NCBI RefSeq assembly: GCF_006345805.1
Contig: NC_043008.1
Coordinates: 58,714,001-58,778,000, forward strand
DNA: 64,000 nucleotides
Direction of reading: 5' to 3'
From: Octopus sinensis
Lineage: Eukaryota
Each line of letters starts with the position of its first letter. Position 1 is the stretch's first letter. The notes under the pieces are model-generated. The model was not told the origin of the DNA. It saw only the letters and a list, made by a program, of their open reading frames with translations, and did not search any database. This document shows positions 1 to 10,516 of this stretch, one piece after another. A program made the position numbers and the translations under genes.

Positions 1-95
1 TTGTTTACCTCTGTCGTAATCAGGTTTTTCAGCCACTGACCACCTAGAAGCCGTTTCTATTACCACTTTATCATAGCTTTATTTCAGGCCAATAA

Positions 96-596
96 GGTGG
101 CGGGCTGGCAGAATCGTTAACACGCCGAGCGAAATGATCAGTCTTTACGTTCTGAATGTGAAGTCACGTGGCTTAGTGGGTTAGGACATTCGGCTCACTA
201 TCGTAAGATCATGAGTTCAATTCAGGGCGACGCGTTGTGTCCTTGAGGAAGACACTTTATTTCACGTTGCTCTAGTCCACTCAGCTGGCAAAAATGAGTA
301 GGGCCAAATTTGTCATACTCTGTCTCACGCTGAATCTCCTCCAGAATTACGTTAAGGGTGTACATATCAGTGGAGTGATCGGGCAACTTGCAGGTTAATT
401 TCACGAGCAGGCTATTCCACTGATCGGATCCCTGGTCGTCGTAATCGACGGAGTACTAAAATTCTGTGTTCAAATTCTGTAGAGTTCGACTTTCGGGGTC
501 GCTGAAATACATACCAGTTGAGTACTGAAGTTGATACAATCGCTTTACCCCTTCCCCTGAACTTGTTCGACTTGTGCCAAAGTATGAATCCATAAT
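96..596 (+). mobile_element. SINE family A copy interrupted by a SINE-B insertion (head 96-153, body/tail 461-596)
   Basis: Head GGCGGGCTGGCAGAATCGTTAACACGCCG and body TTCAAATTC..GTTCGACTTTCGGGGTCG match the intact family A copies at 866, 29923 and 52431. Confidence 0.8.
161..460 (+). mobile_element. tRNA-headed SINE family B, nested in SINE-A
   Basis: A-box-like GTGGCTTAGTGG, B-box-like GAGTTCAATTC, CCTTGAGGAAGACACTTTATTTC central motif; homologous to 1151-1385 and 4167-4483. Confidence 0.85.
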
Positions 597-865
597 CTCA
601 ATATTTAGTGTTGACTTTAGTACTTTCACAATTTCTGCTGGTGCTTCTTGTTTTCCTAACTGTCTATCATTTCAGCTCTGTTTTATATTTGTTGGCTTCT
701 TTAAAGACAGAAATTTGTCGATTATATTTGATTGGGTTTCTTAGTTCCTTGTATTAATTTTTACGTGATTTGACAGGACATATCTCTTGAGTACCGCTGC
801 AAATATTTTTTGATGCTTTCTATTAATGCCGCTTGCTCGTGGTAAATGTATCATTTCTATACCAG

Positions 866-1085
866 AAGGTGGTGAGCTGGCAAAATAGTTAGCACGTCGG
901 GCAAAATGTTTAGCGGCATTTCGTCGGTCCTTACGTTCTGAGTTCAAATTCCGTGGAGGTCGGGTTTCCTTTTCATCCTTTCGGCGGTCGATGGATTAAG
1001 TACCAGTCAAGTACTGGGGTCAATGTAATCGACTAGCCTCCTCCCTCAAATTTCGGGCCTTGTGCTTATAGTAGAACGGATTAAT
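866..1085 (+). mobile_element. SINE family A (tail type 2)
   Basis: Full head, GAGTTCAAATTCC B-box, central TTTCATCCTTTCGG..GTCGAT motif, tail GGCCTTGTGCTTATAGTAGAA. Confidence 0.9.
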
Positions 1086-1150
1086 TTTACACCAGATTTC
1101 ATCTCATTCCTTTATACGTGTTTCTGCCATTGAAGTGCGGTTATTCTGCG

Positions 1151-1385
1151 CCACTCCACAGACACGTGCACCCTTAACGTAGTTCTCAGGGAGTTCAGCA
1201 CGACACAGAGTGTGACAAGGCCGGCCCTTTGAAATATTCGTGCTACTTATTTTTGCCAGCTGAGTGAACTGGAGCAACGAGAAATAAAGTGTATTGATCA
1301 ACGACACAACACATCGCTCTGAATTGAACTCACGACTTCACGATCGCGAGCCTAATGTCCTAACCACTAAGCCACGCGCTTTCAC
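1151..1385 (-). mobile_element. SINE family B
   Basis: Reverse-complement homology to 161-460 and 4167-4483. Confidence 0.85.
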
Positions 1386-1415
1386 TAATATATATATATA
1401 TATATATATATATTT

Positions 1416-1747
1416 ATGTGCACATAAATAGCAACATCATCAGAAAGAAGTCCGGAGTGACAGATGTCATCGCAGAGTATACTCGCAGCAAGTATAGATG
1501 GGCTGGACACGTCGCCCGGCTCACCGATAATCGGTGGACGCACGCAGTTGTCGAGTGGTACCCGCGTGAGCAGAAAAGACCACCCGGAAGACCTCCACGA
1601 CGGTGGAGTGACGATTTCAAGAGGACGATTGGGATCACGTGGATGAGAAAGGCGCGATCCAGAGAGGAGTGGACAGCGTGCTGTGACCAGCGGTGTCAAA
1701 TGGACGCCTGACGGACTGGTCGGTCAAAGTGAAGTGATCAAAGTGAT

Positions 1748-1748
<1 letters not shown>
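1416..1748 (+). mobile_element. RTE-clade LINE 3' fragment (post-RT C-terminus plus short repeated tail) inserted in a TA/CA microsatellite
   Basis: ORF 1418-1711 contains RWAGHVARLTDNRWTHAVVEWYPREQKRPPGRPPRRWSDD, the typical RTE C-terminal motif; tail AAAGTGAAGTGATCAAAGTGAT. Confidence 0.9.
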
Positions 1749-1784
<36 letters not shown>

Positions 1785-1824
1785 AACATGTATATGAACA
1801 TAGTTCCTATACAAGTATAGACAG

Positions 1825-1982
1825 TAGACTTCCTTTCTTCAGTTTCCGTCTATATCCGTTTACCATATTTACTGACAAGGTTGATGTGGGGCTATACCAG
1901 TCAATTTGCCATGCTGTAAAACTGGACCCTGAACTATGAGTTTGAGAAGCAAACTTCTCACCACACAGCCACGCCAGCGCCT
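1825..1982 (-). mobile_element. Degenerate SINE family C head/central region
   Basis: Reverse complement resembles 10964-11105 (AGGCG..TGGCTGTGTGG..GGTTCAGGGTCC..AGACGGAAACTGAAG). Confidence 0.7.
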
Positions 1983-2149
1983 CGTATATTTTAAGCGCAG
2001 TGATACTTTTACTTACTTTTTACTGTCTAGACATGCTTGTTTATCTAGCGTTCACTTGAGAAGATTATAACTATAATCCATTAGTGGAATAGCTACAGTA
2101 TTGATACGCATTACCTTATTTGTTCACAGCTAGCTCTGTTTCAAGTAGT

Positions 2150-3750
2150 AATCTAATGGTTTTATATTATTCCTTTTTAATCTCCTATATAATTTGTGTG
2201 TATTATACACTGTCAAGTTCAATGATTCATAAGTATTTATAGTTTTTTTTTTGTTCAAATTCTTAATCGTGCATGATGATATTTCAAAATATATTTTCCT
2301 CTCTTTCCGATTGTCGTGGTGCGTTTTTCTAATACAAATTTCATTTAATTTCTGTGGTAGAGCTATGTACTATCTGCGGTTGTGTTTCAAGTTATTTATC
2401 ATTTGAAGGATTGAAATTAGCGATGGTTGATTGTCCTGGCATAGAATTTTATACAAGACTAGTCGTAATTAATATGTCGGTTTAACATGTGTGCATGTCA
2501 TACATATATGTAGGAGATAAAATGCCGCTCCTCAAAATATTTCTCCTTTAACAATGAAAGTCTTCGTTTCCATAATTACGTTTTTGTTTTTGCATTTGTA
2601 AAATTACTTGTTATCCACTCATGACATGTTTCATGCATCGTATTACTGAAGTTACTGGGCACAGGGCTAGGCATTGAATACATTAAATGTTGAAATATGT
2701 TGCCAAAATCTGTGGGTATTACAAAATTTCTGACCGAATTTTTCAACCTTACTGAAAACACAGATTTTCGGAGACCATGAATAAAAGACAAATAAAAATA
2801 GAAATTGTGTTCGCATACATATCTGTAAATAAAGGTTTTGTTGTAGTGGTTTGCACAACTGTTTTTTGCAGTACAGGAAAACTGAAACCTTATCAACTGA
2901 AATCTGAAATGTTATAAACCACTCCTTTAGATTATATTGATAGAGCGGTCATAAGTGGGAAAAGGCTCACTTAACACTTAGAGCGCTGAATATTTTAGCA
3001 CTGGGCTTGGTGCTACATTATTGAAGGCTCTTGGTTTCAGTACATACAACGCAATTTTGTGTCGAAAGAAACCGAATTTTTAAGTTCGGTTACGACAGTG
3101 AATGTTAGCATCTTCAGAGTGGAGAGGCTGAAACATAGTTAGCGCGTGTGTGAATCCGTAGATGAGAATGTGATAGAATCTGTTCATTAGTTCTTGTTTG
3201 TAATTGGTTTTATAGCATGACAAGATGGATATAAACAAGTGATTGGTTGCTTTAATGGCTGTGATGCTTCTACATTGTCCACAATTGTGATATATTGTAT
3301 ATGTGGCTATACTTTACGAAATGATACTTTGAAGATGGGTGTTTATGTTTATGTCTTAAAGTTAATTATTCGTTTTAATTAATGTGGTTAATCAATTAAT
3401 ATCCATAATTAAATGTTATGTTGTTGTTTTTGTGCACATATTTTAAATATACTTATTTTCTCTTACATATTGATTTATTATCTATTAAAAATTCTGCTTC
3501 AGATTTTGTGCAAATATGTTTCAACAGATTCAAGTAATATTGCTAATGTATTTTCTGCAGCAATTAATTCTTCATTAAAGATAGGTTTTTTTCTTGGTAG
3601 CAATGAAATCGTATTGGATTTGTTTCTTTTGCTTGCTATTTATTTTAATAATAATTAAACACATCTTTGCCGACAAATTTCAGGCGAAATACGATTTGGA
3701 CAGTCGAAAACACCTAGTATATAAGATTAAGGCATATTTTGTATATGCAT
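2150..3750 (-). pseudogene. Possible decayed IgSF/FN3-type coding sequence
   Basis: Repeat-free segment; 106-aa ORF 2576-2896 has FSCTAKNS (like the Ig F/G strand YxCxAxNxxG) and FSVRLKNSV; other minus frames read protein-like but with many stops. Confidence 0.2.
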
Positions 3751-3796
3751 TTTCAGACGTCTTGAAAAGTTCGTGAAATGCCACTTGTATTTTTAA

Positions 3797-3855
3797 AAAC
3801 TTTCGCTTTCCTCAAACGAATAGATATTATAACAAGCTCTAAGAAATCTACAGAT

Positions 3856-3897
<42 letters not shown>

Positions 3898-4069
3898 GAT
3901 AAAAGGCAAAGTTAACACTTGCGGAATTTCAAAGCAGAACGCAAGAGACAACTTTGCCTTTTATCCTCCTCCTCCTCCTCCTCCTACTACTACTACTACT
4001 ACTACTACTACTCTGTAGATATCTTAGAGCTTGTTATAATTTCTATTCATTTGAGGAAAGGGAAAGTTT
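3797..4069. repeat. Imperfect inverted repeat (arms 3797-3913 and 3950-4069) including (TAG)n/(CTA)n and a SINE-A fragment
   Basis: CTCAAACGAATAGATATTATAACAAGCTCTAAGAAATCTACAGA is mirrored by TCTGTAGATATCTTAGAGCTTGTTATAATTTCTATTCATTTGAG. Confidence 0.9.
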
Positions 4070-4166
4070 CTTTATCCGCATTTACAGTTGATCTCTGTGG
4101 CAGTTTCTGTTTCCAAAGCTAACACATGTTCCCAAAGCTAATAGTCATGTTCCTGTAATAAAATAT

Positions 4167-4483
4167 GAAGGCGCGTAATTTAGTGATTAGGGTAATCGGC
4201 TGATGATCGTAAGGCTGTGAGTTCGATTCCCAGCAGAGTGTTCTGTCCTTGAGCAAAACAATTTATTTCACATACCATCCATACTGGCAAAAATGAGATG
4301 TACCTGTAATTCTAAGGACCGGCCTTTGCACATACAATGTCACGCTTGATCTCCCCGAGAACTAAGTTAACAGTACGCGTGTCCGTGGAGTGCTCAGCCA
4401 CTTGCACGATAATTTCACGAGTAGGCCATTCCGTTGATCGGATCAACTGGAAGGCTCATCGTTGCAACCGACGGAGTGCCAGT
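4167..4483 (+). mobile_element. SINE family B
   Basis: B-box GAGTTCGATTCC, CCTTGAGCAAAACA motif, 3' tail ...GCAACCGACGGAGTGCC. Confidence 0.85.
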
Positions 4484-4601
4484 AATAAAATATTATGATA
4501 CTCTACTCCTACAAGCAACATTAATATGTTGCTACAATATATATATATGTTTGAATCTTCATGAAAAATTTGGTAAAATTTTTTGTTATATAATACATTA
4601 T

Positions 4602-4908
4602 GTAGAGGCGCAATGGCCCAGTGGTTAGGGCAGCGGACTCTTGGTCGGACGATGGCGGTTTCGATTCCCAGACCGGGTGTTGTGTGTTTATTGAGCGAAA
4701 ACACCTAATACTCCATGAGGCTGCGGCAGAAGGTGGTGGCGACTCCTGTTGTACTCTTTCGCCCCAACTTTCTCTCACTCTTTCTTCCTGTTTCTTGAGT
4801 AAGGCTGCGACGGACTGGCGTCCAGTCCGCCTGGGGTGGGGGGCACATACGCCACAGAAACCGGGAAACCGGGCCCACGAGCCTGGCTAGGCTTGAAAAG
4901 GGACGCAT
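4602..4908 (+). mobile_element. SINE family E, tail type 1 (tRNA-Arg-like head)
   Basis: AGGCGCAATGGCCCAGTGGTTAGGGCAGCGGACTC..GGTTTCGATTCCCAGACCGGG; homologous to 39148 and 48491. Confidence 0.9.
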
Positions 4909-5390
4909 AAATAAAAATACAAACAAACAAACAATCCATTATGTTTCACTGTTATTTCACAATTTCTGATGCCAAAGATATATTTGGAATTTTATTCGGC
5001 TTTATGAGGATCAAACTTATTATCCCTCTACAATATCTTTAATCCAGCTATTACTGAAATGCTATGGTAAAATAATCAACTATTGCTTCTATGTGAATAA
5101 CTTTCTTTTACAGAATCTTTCTTTTTATCATTTCCTTTTCAAAATTGTCGAGCAACTTGTGATCTATCCAATCTGGATCCATGTTTGAAACGAAGCGATC
5201 GATATTCTTTTATAATAAGAATTCTTCAGACAAAGAAATAAGTATCAGAGATAATAATAGTCTTGTCTCAGATAACTTTGGAGATCTGTTGCACAAAGAA
5301 GACGCTACCAATAGTCTACTACTATCCGTACCACTCCAGTGTTTTTCTTCTTTTGCTTCTTTTCTTATTCCCACATCTTCTTCTTCTTCG

Positions 5391-5466
5391 CATTTCGTCC
5401 GTCTGTACGTTGTTCTGCTTTGAAATTCCGCCAGGATCAACTTTGCCTTTCATCCTACTACTACTA

Positions 5467-5539
<73 letters not shown>

Positions 5540-5598
5540 CACTACTACTGGTATTACCACTACTACTAGTACTACCACTACTACTACTACCACTACTA

Positions 5599-5647
<49 letters not shown>

Positions 5648-5676
5648 CACTACTACTACCACTACTACTACTACTA

Positions 5677-5708
<32 letters not shown>
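5391..5708 (+). repeat. Truncated SINE-A body running into an about 250-bp (CTA/CCA)n tract
   Basis: GTTCTGCTTTGAAATTCCGCCAGGATCAACTTTGCCTTTCATCCT followed directly by (ACT)n; this explains the poly-L/S/Y/V ORFs. Confidence 0.85.
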
Positions 5709-5709
<1 letters not shown>

Positions 5710-5875
5710 AAATTCTTCGTTATTTCTCTTCTCTTTCTCTCCTTCTTCATCCACCTCACCGTAATCGATGTCATTATCTTCATGATCGACATCGTCGTCG
5801 TAATCATCACCATAATATTCGGCAGTCTCATAGTCATCTTCGTCGTCGTCATCGTAATGATCATTTATTATTATT

Positions 5876-6053
5876 ATTATTATTATAATTGATGTTCAGT
5901 TCTATATTAAAGAGATAAGGAATTATGTACATTATTTACATTAGACGGATATTTGTCCTCATCCCGTTTGTTGGTAACACAACGTTTCGGCTGATATAAC
6001 CTCCAACCTTCATTAGGTGTCTTGGGGAAATTTCGAACCTGGGTATTTTTCTA

Positions 6054-6112
<59 letters not shown>

Positions 6113-6184
6113 TCACTTCCTGGAATCGAACACGGAATATTGTGGTTAGTAGCCCGCGCTCTTACCCTCTATACCATGTACGGG
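5876..6184 (-). mobile_element. tRNA-headed short element carrying a hammerhead motif, copy 1
   Basis: Minus strand order: tRNA-like head with GTGTTCGATTCC B-box, (AAT)n, then GACAC-CTAATGA-AGGTTG..CAGCC-GAAACGTT-GTGTT; near-identical to 8578-8856. Confidence 0.75.
5976..6021 (-). ncRNA. Hammerhead ribozyme motif with mutated core (CUAAUGA), probably inactive
   Basis: Same fold as 8672-8717 but with a G5A substitution in the CUGAUGA box. Confidence 0.65.
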
Positions 6185-6270
6185 CATATGGTGTAGTGGT
6201 TAAAAGCGCGGCCTACTAACCCCAAGGTTCTGAGTTCGATTCCAGGCAGTGACTTGAATAATAATAATGA
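6183..6270 (+). mobile_element. Second tRNA-like head of the same family, head-to-head with copy 1
   Basis: GGGCATATGGTGTAGTGGTTAAAAGCGCGGCCTACTAACCCCAAGGTTCTGAGTTCGATTCCAGGCAGTGACTTG(AAT)n is the inverted homologue of 6109-6180. Confidence 0.8.
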
Positions 6271-7149
6271 TGACAATAATTTCTACAATAGGCTCAAAGC
6301 CTAAAATTTGTGTGTGTAGGGGTGAGTTTAGGTCGAAAGGATAAAGGTCGAAATAGACCTCGGGCTCTAGTATCACAGTGGACGGGGACCGAAGCCTCTA
6401 CAGAGCTACTTCACTGCCTGATAAGTTATTGACTCCTGCAATCTGAGACGAAGTACAGCAGCACACTCAGCACACAAGGGTTTAACCACCGCCCCCACCA
6501 TCATGTTGGTACGTAGTAGTAAAAGTTACATGTTAAGTGCAAAAAGTGTGGTGTTTGCATTATACTATAGAATTGATTGTTAACTCGTCTAAGATACGGA
6601 GATATGCATATCAAGGTTATCTTCAAATCGTGTACAACGTTGAGAGCAGCGGATTTGTATTTATGCTTTTGTTCGTTTAGTTTTCGGATATCTAGTACTC
6701 CAGTTAGTATTGATACTACTTTCGGTTTCGATAATTAACGTTTAGGTTTATCTCACTTTCAAGATTGGTGCTTTGACAGTTTTCCCAACTTCTACCGATC
6801 AATACTTTGTTTAGAAAGGATCAAGGTGTCTTTCAAAAAAGCACAAATATTGTCAATCTAGTTCTTGGTAATTATATGCTGGGAATTGGAAACGATTTAA
6901 TGGCCACTTTGGGTGGATAAATGATTGTGGCTAAAAGTTTTATCCTAATCAGTATAAATGCTTAATCGTGTTTGTGACCCTGTCTCAACATATTGGTCTG
7001 TTGAGGAATATTTGGGGATTGACAGAATTGCTAGAGTGTGGCACAAAATTATTGGTAGAATAGTTTCCGGATTCGACTTTGAGAGTTCAAAACCAAAAGT
7101 AGTTAACCTAGCCTTTCAACTTGCTATGTGTCGACAAAATTAAGTAAAT

Positions 7150-7433
7150 TATTATTATTAACAACAACAACTACAACTACTACAACTACAACTACTAAGG
7201 TTTTGTTGGAACTCCTGGAGTATTGCAATATATAGCGGGCTTGCTGCTTGCAGCCTATGGTACCATGCTATTTGTGTTTTTTTGCAACTATCTAATACTT
7301 TTCTGGTTATTCTGGCCATGCCAAGGAGGCAAACTTTTTGCCACAGTTCTAATGGGCATTCTATTCTGATTTCCTCTATATTCTTCTTGATGTCTTTTAA
7401 TACTGTTCCTAAGGACGCAACAATAATTAGTAC

Positions 7434-7437
<4 letters not shown>
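7150..7437 (-). mobile_element. RLE-type non-LTR retrotransposon (R4/Dong-like) 3' fragment
   Basis: VLIIVASLGTVLKDIKKNIEEIRIECPLELWQKVCLLGMARITRKVL matches the conserved C-terminus after the restriction-like endonuclease; trinucleotide tail. Confidence 0.8.
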
Positions 7438-7472
<35 letters not shown>

Positions 7473-7656
7473 GTTATTATTGTGTGAGAAAACAATTCGT
7501 GCCATCAAAGTGATACTGGGGTACAAATATACCAAGCCTAATATGTCCCATCATGACTATCCGTCTGATAAGGGCACACCAAGCACATGTATCACAACCA
7601 TATGTGCGCGACATGGTGAACGTACATTAAGAAAAACAGTGCATGGCATCATTATT

Positions 7657-7860
7657 GTTAGTACACCAGGCAAAATGCGTAGTGGTATTTCGTCTGTCGC
7701 TATGTTCTGAGTTCAAATTCCGCCGAAGTCAACTTTGAACTTCCCTTTTTCGGGGACGAAAATTAAGTATCAGTAAAACATTGGGGCCCATGTAATTGAG
7801 TAATCTCTTCCCACAAATTTTAGGCCTGGTCCCTATAGTAGAAAAGGATTATTATTATTA
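7657..7860 (+). mobile_element. SINE family A
   Basis: GGTATTTCGTCTGTCGCTATGTTCTGAGTTCAAATTCCGCCGAAGTC body, type 2 tail, (ATT)n end. Confidence 0.85.
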
Positions 7861-7871
7861 CTACTATGGTT

Positions 7872-8079
7872 CTGAGCTGGCAGAATTGCTAGCACGGCGG
7901 ACGAAATGCTGCTACGCATTTCGTCCTTGCTTACGTTCTGAGGTCAAATTCTTCCGAGGTCGACTTTGCATTTCATCCTTTCGAGGTCGATAAAATAAGT
8001 ACCACTGAAACACTGGAGTCGATGTAATCGACTTACTCCTCCCTTAAAATTTCAGACCTCGTCCCTATAGCAGAAACTA

Positions 8080-8110
<31 letters not shown>
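7872..8110 (+). mobile_element. SINE family A, in tandem with the previous copy
   Basis: GAGCTGGCAGAATTGCTAGCAC head, GAGGTCGACTTTGCATTTCATCCTTTCGAGGTCGAT body, (ATT)n end. Confidence 0.85.
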
Positions 8111-8111
<1 letters not shown>

Positions 8112-8577
8112 GTGCCTAGTATGAGAAATGATAATTTATGAGTGATTGTGGTTGTAGACAAGGTCAAATGAGTTCCAGGGTATAGTATTCAACTTTCAAA
8201 ATCGCCTTCATCGGACAGTACTACGAGTGCAGATTGCATCTTCTGGATAACTTCTACACTACAAGCATGGCCATTTTGGAGCTGCCAGTTATCCAACTGT
8301 CTGTGGTGCTCATATGTGCAACTATCCGGTATGGAAATCTTCAGTGATCGTGCATTGCTGATTTGTAGCATAGTGTGACACAACCACTATCAAGTGAGAA
8401 CGGATGTATTTGACAGCTGAGTGTATTGTGAAAATCAAGCCATTCCGACCCTTTCGCATTAAAGAATTAGTCTTCCCGTGTGTTTTCTATGCCGAGGTGT
8501 GTTGCATAGTGGATACAGTTAAAAAATTTGAGGAGTGAACTTATTTCCGATCATCGTAATGATCATTTATTATTATT

Positions 8578-8749
8578 ATTATAATTGTTGTTCAGTTCTA
8601 TATTAAAGAGATAAGGAATTATGTACATTATTTACATTAGACGGATATTTGTCCTCATCTTGTTTGTTGGTAACACAACGTTTCGGCTGATATAACCTCC
8701 AACCTTCATCAGGTGTCTCGGGGAAATTTCGAACCTGGGTATTTTTCTA

Positions 8750-8780
<31 letters not shown>

Positions 8781-8856
8781 TAGGTCACTTCCTGGAATCG
8801 AACACGGAATCTTGTGGTTAGTAGCCCGCGCTCTTACCCTCTATACCACGTACGGG
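8578..8856 (-). mobile_element. tRNA-headed short element carrying a hammerhead motif, copy 2
   Basis: Near-identical to 5876-6184, including flank ATCGTAATGATCATTTATT. Confidence 0.75.
8672..8717 (-). ncRNA. Minimal type I hammerhead ribozyme, intact core
   Basis: Minus RNA: GACAC CUGAUGA A GGUUG(gagguuauau)CAGCC GAAA CG UU|GUGUU; helix I GACAC/GUGUU, helix II 5 bp, palindromic AACGUU in place of helix III. Confidence 0.8.
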
Positions 8857-8984
8857 TCTTCTTCAGGTACCACAAGACGACAAATTTGAGGACAGAGAGG
8901 TAGAGAGTACCCGACAATGAATTTTATGCAAAGGTTATGAGAGTGTCGAACTTCGTGCCGCTAAATAGGCTCACATTAACTCTG

Positions 8985-9287
8985 CGGCTACACGAAGCAG
9001 CAAGAGAAGGTATATGCGTTTGTCTTGTCAATTTTGTGTATGATGTACTTCGAAGCATCAATATATGGCTTTTGACCATTTGGTGACTCCTTCACATCTT
9101 CTAAATTTCTATGGTATCATTCATTGTATTTAATATAATCTACTTATTAACGGATCTCTCATTTTATCGTTGATTCTACTCTGTTATTCCGTGTAACACC
9201 CTCGCAGTTTCCTGTTAGTTGATTTACTGTCTTTCCAATTTCTATTGTTACCAACGTCTTCGGCCCATTTGACCAATAAAAGAAATT
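8985..9287 (-). pseudogene. Probable decayed V-set-like Ig domain exon
   Basis: Reads VTIEIGKTVNQLTGNCEG..STIK*..KYIIHKIDKTNAYTFSC: two Cys 68 codons apart, TGA at the conserved Trp position (C+15), IxxIxxxNAxTFxC in register with IxxVxxxDxGxYxC; 4 stops. Confidence 0.35.
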
Positions 9288-9346
9288 ATTATTATTATCA
9301 TTATCATCATCATGATTATTGTTGCTGTTGTTGATGTTGTTATCGA

Positions 9347-9397
<51 letters not shown>

Positions 9398-10516
9398 TTG
9401 ATCGATTTTTAGTTTATATGTTACGAGAAATAATGCCCTGCTTGAGAAACAAGCATGACAATATTTAACATTGACGAATAATTAAATAAAATGGCTAAAA
9501 TGGCCTCACATCTCAAACACTGTAGTAATGCTTTTGCTGTATATTTCCGCTTGTATTTGTCACTTTGCCAATCTTTTTACATAGTCAATTGTGTATTTTA
9601 CACAGTTGTACAACTTCATTAGTACAGGCATTTCTTTCCATTGCTTAAGTCAGTTTAATTACTTCACATCTCTACTCTCTTCCATTCGATATTATTTTCA
9701 CTAGGTATTGGTATGCCATTGATTAATTCGCGCTTTGAGATATCATCGAGCAGTATTTGCCTGATTTAACTCTTCTAAAGATGTTACTGGTATATTAGAA
9801 GTTAAAGTAATTATTTTATTGGAAGTTAACTGCTGCAGCTGTCGTTTTATCGAAAGTCGCCACATCTTATTTATTTTGTCAAAAGTTACAATAACCATCG
9901 ATGAGAATTAAGTTCAACGGTTTTAATTTTGTTGTAATTTTCTATCAGCTCTTGCAGCTGTAATTTACATTGGAACTTCATTTCTCCAGCTTGTGTCGAT
10001 AAATCTAGGTAACGATAGGCAGATGATGTGGTTACAATCTATCTTTGCTTATACATTATCAGTTGTGAGTTTATTGAAACTACAGAATGCAGAGCTTGCA
10101 GTCTTTGGGGAGAAGTATACTGTGACTGTAATAAATGGGTGTCCTATATTTAAAGAAAACTAAAATCGTTTATAGCTTAATACGCTGCTATATTTTATAA
10201 AAAGTTGTATCAAAACAGCATGCTGTCTAACATGTAGACATTTACTCCATACCGCTGTATACATTCGTAAACATATGATACAACGATGCACACCAGTGAT
10301 AAACAACTAACTGTAATCTGGTTTTGGGATCAACATTCTCAACATAGTTGCTAAAAGAAATTAAATAACTCAAAACAATTTTCAATTATATTCTTGCCTC
10401 CACCTACTTTTCCTAGGCACAAAACAAAGCCTGAATTCAATAATACAAACTAATAAAAACGTCATATAATTTTACATAAATACATAGCGTGAACTATAAA
10501 ATGTATATAATATTCT

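Noticed and set aside
2900-3150. Adhesion-GPCR GPS motif in a minus frame (CMY*NQ..*HQAQC)
   Set aside because: Lacks the CxCxHLT/F core and a convincing 7TM continuation
5263-5892. 209-aa Leu-rich membrane-protein-like ORF and its poly-Ser/Val antisense ORFs
   Set aside because: Derived from the (CTA)n and (CGT/CAT)n tracts
6357-6450. Possible Penelope C-terminal peptide (VDGDRSLY..PDKLL)
   Set aside because: Too short to support, and no associated hammerhead or upstream GIY-YIG seen
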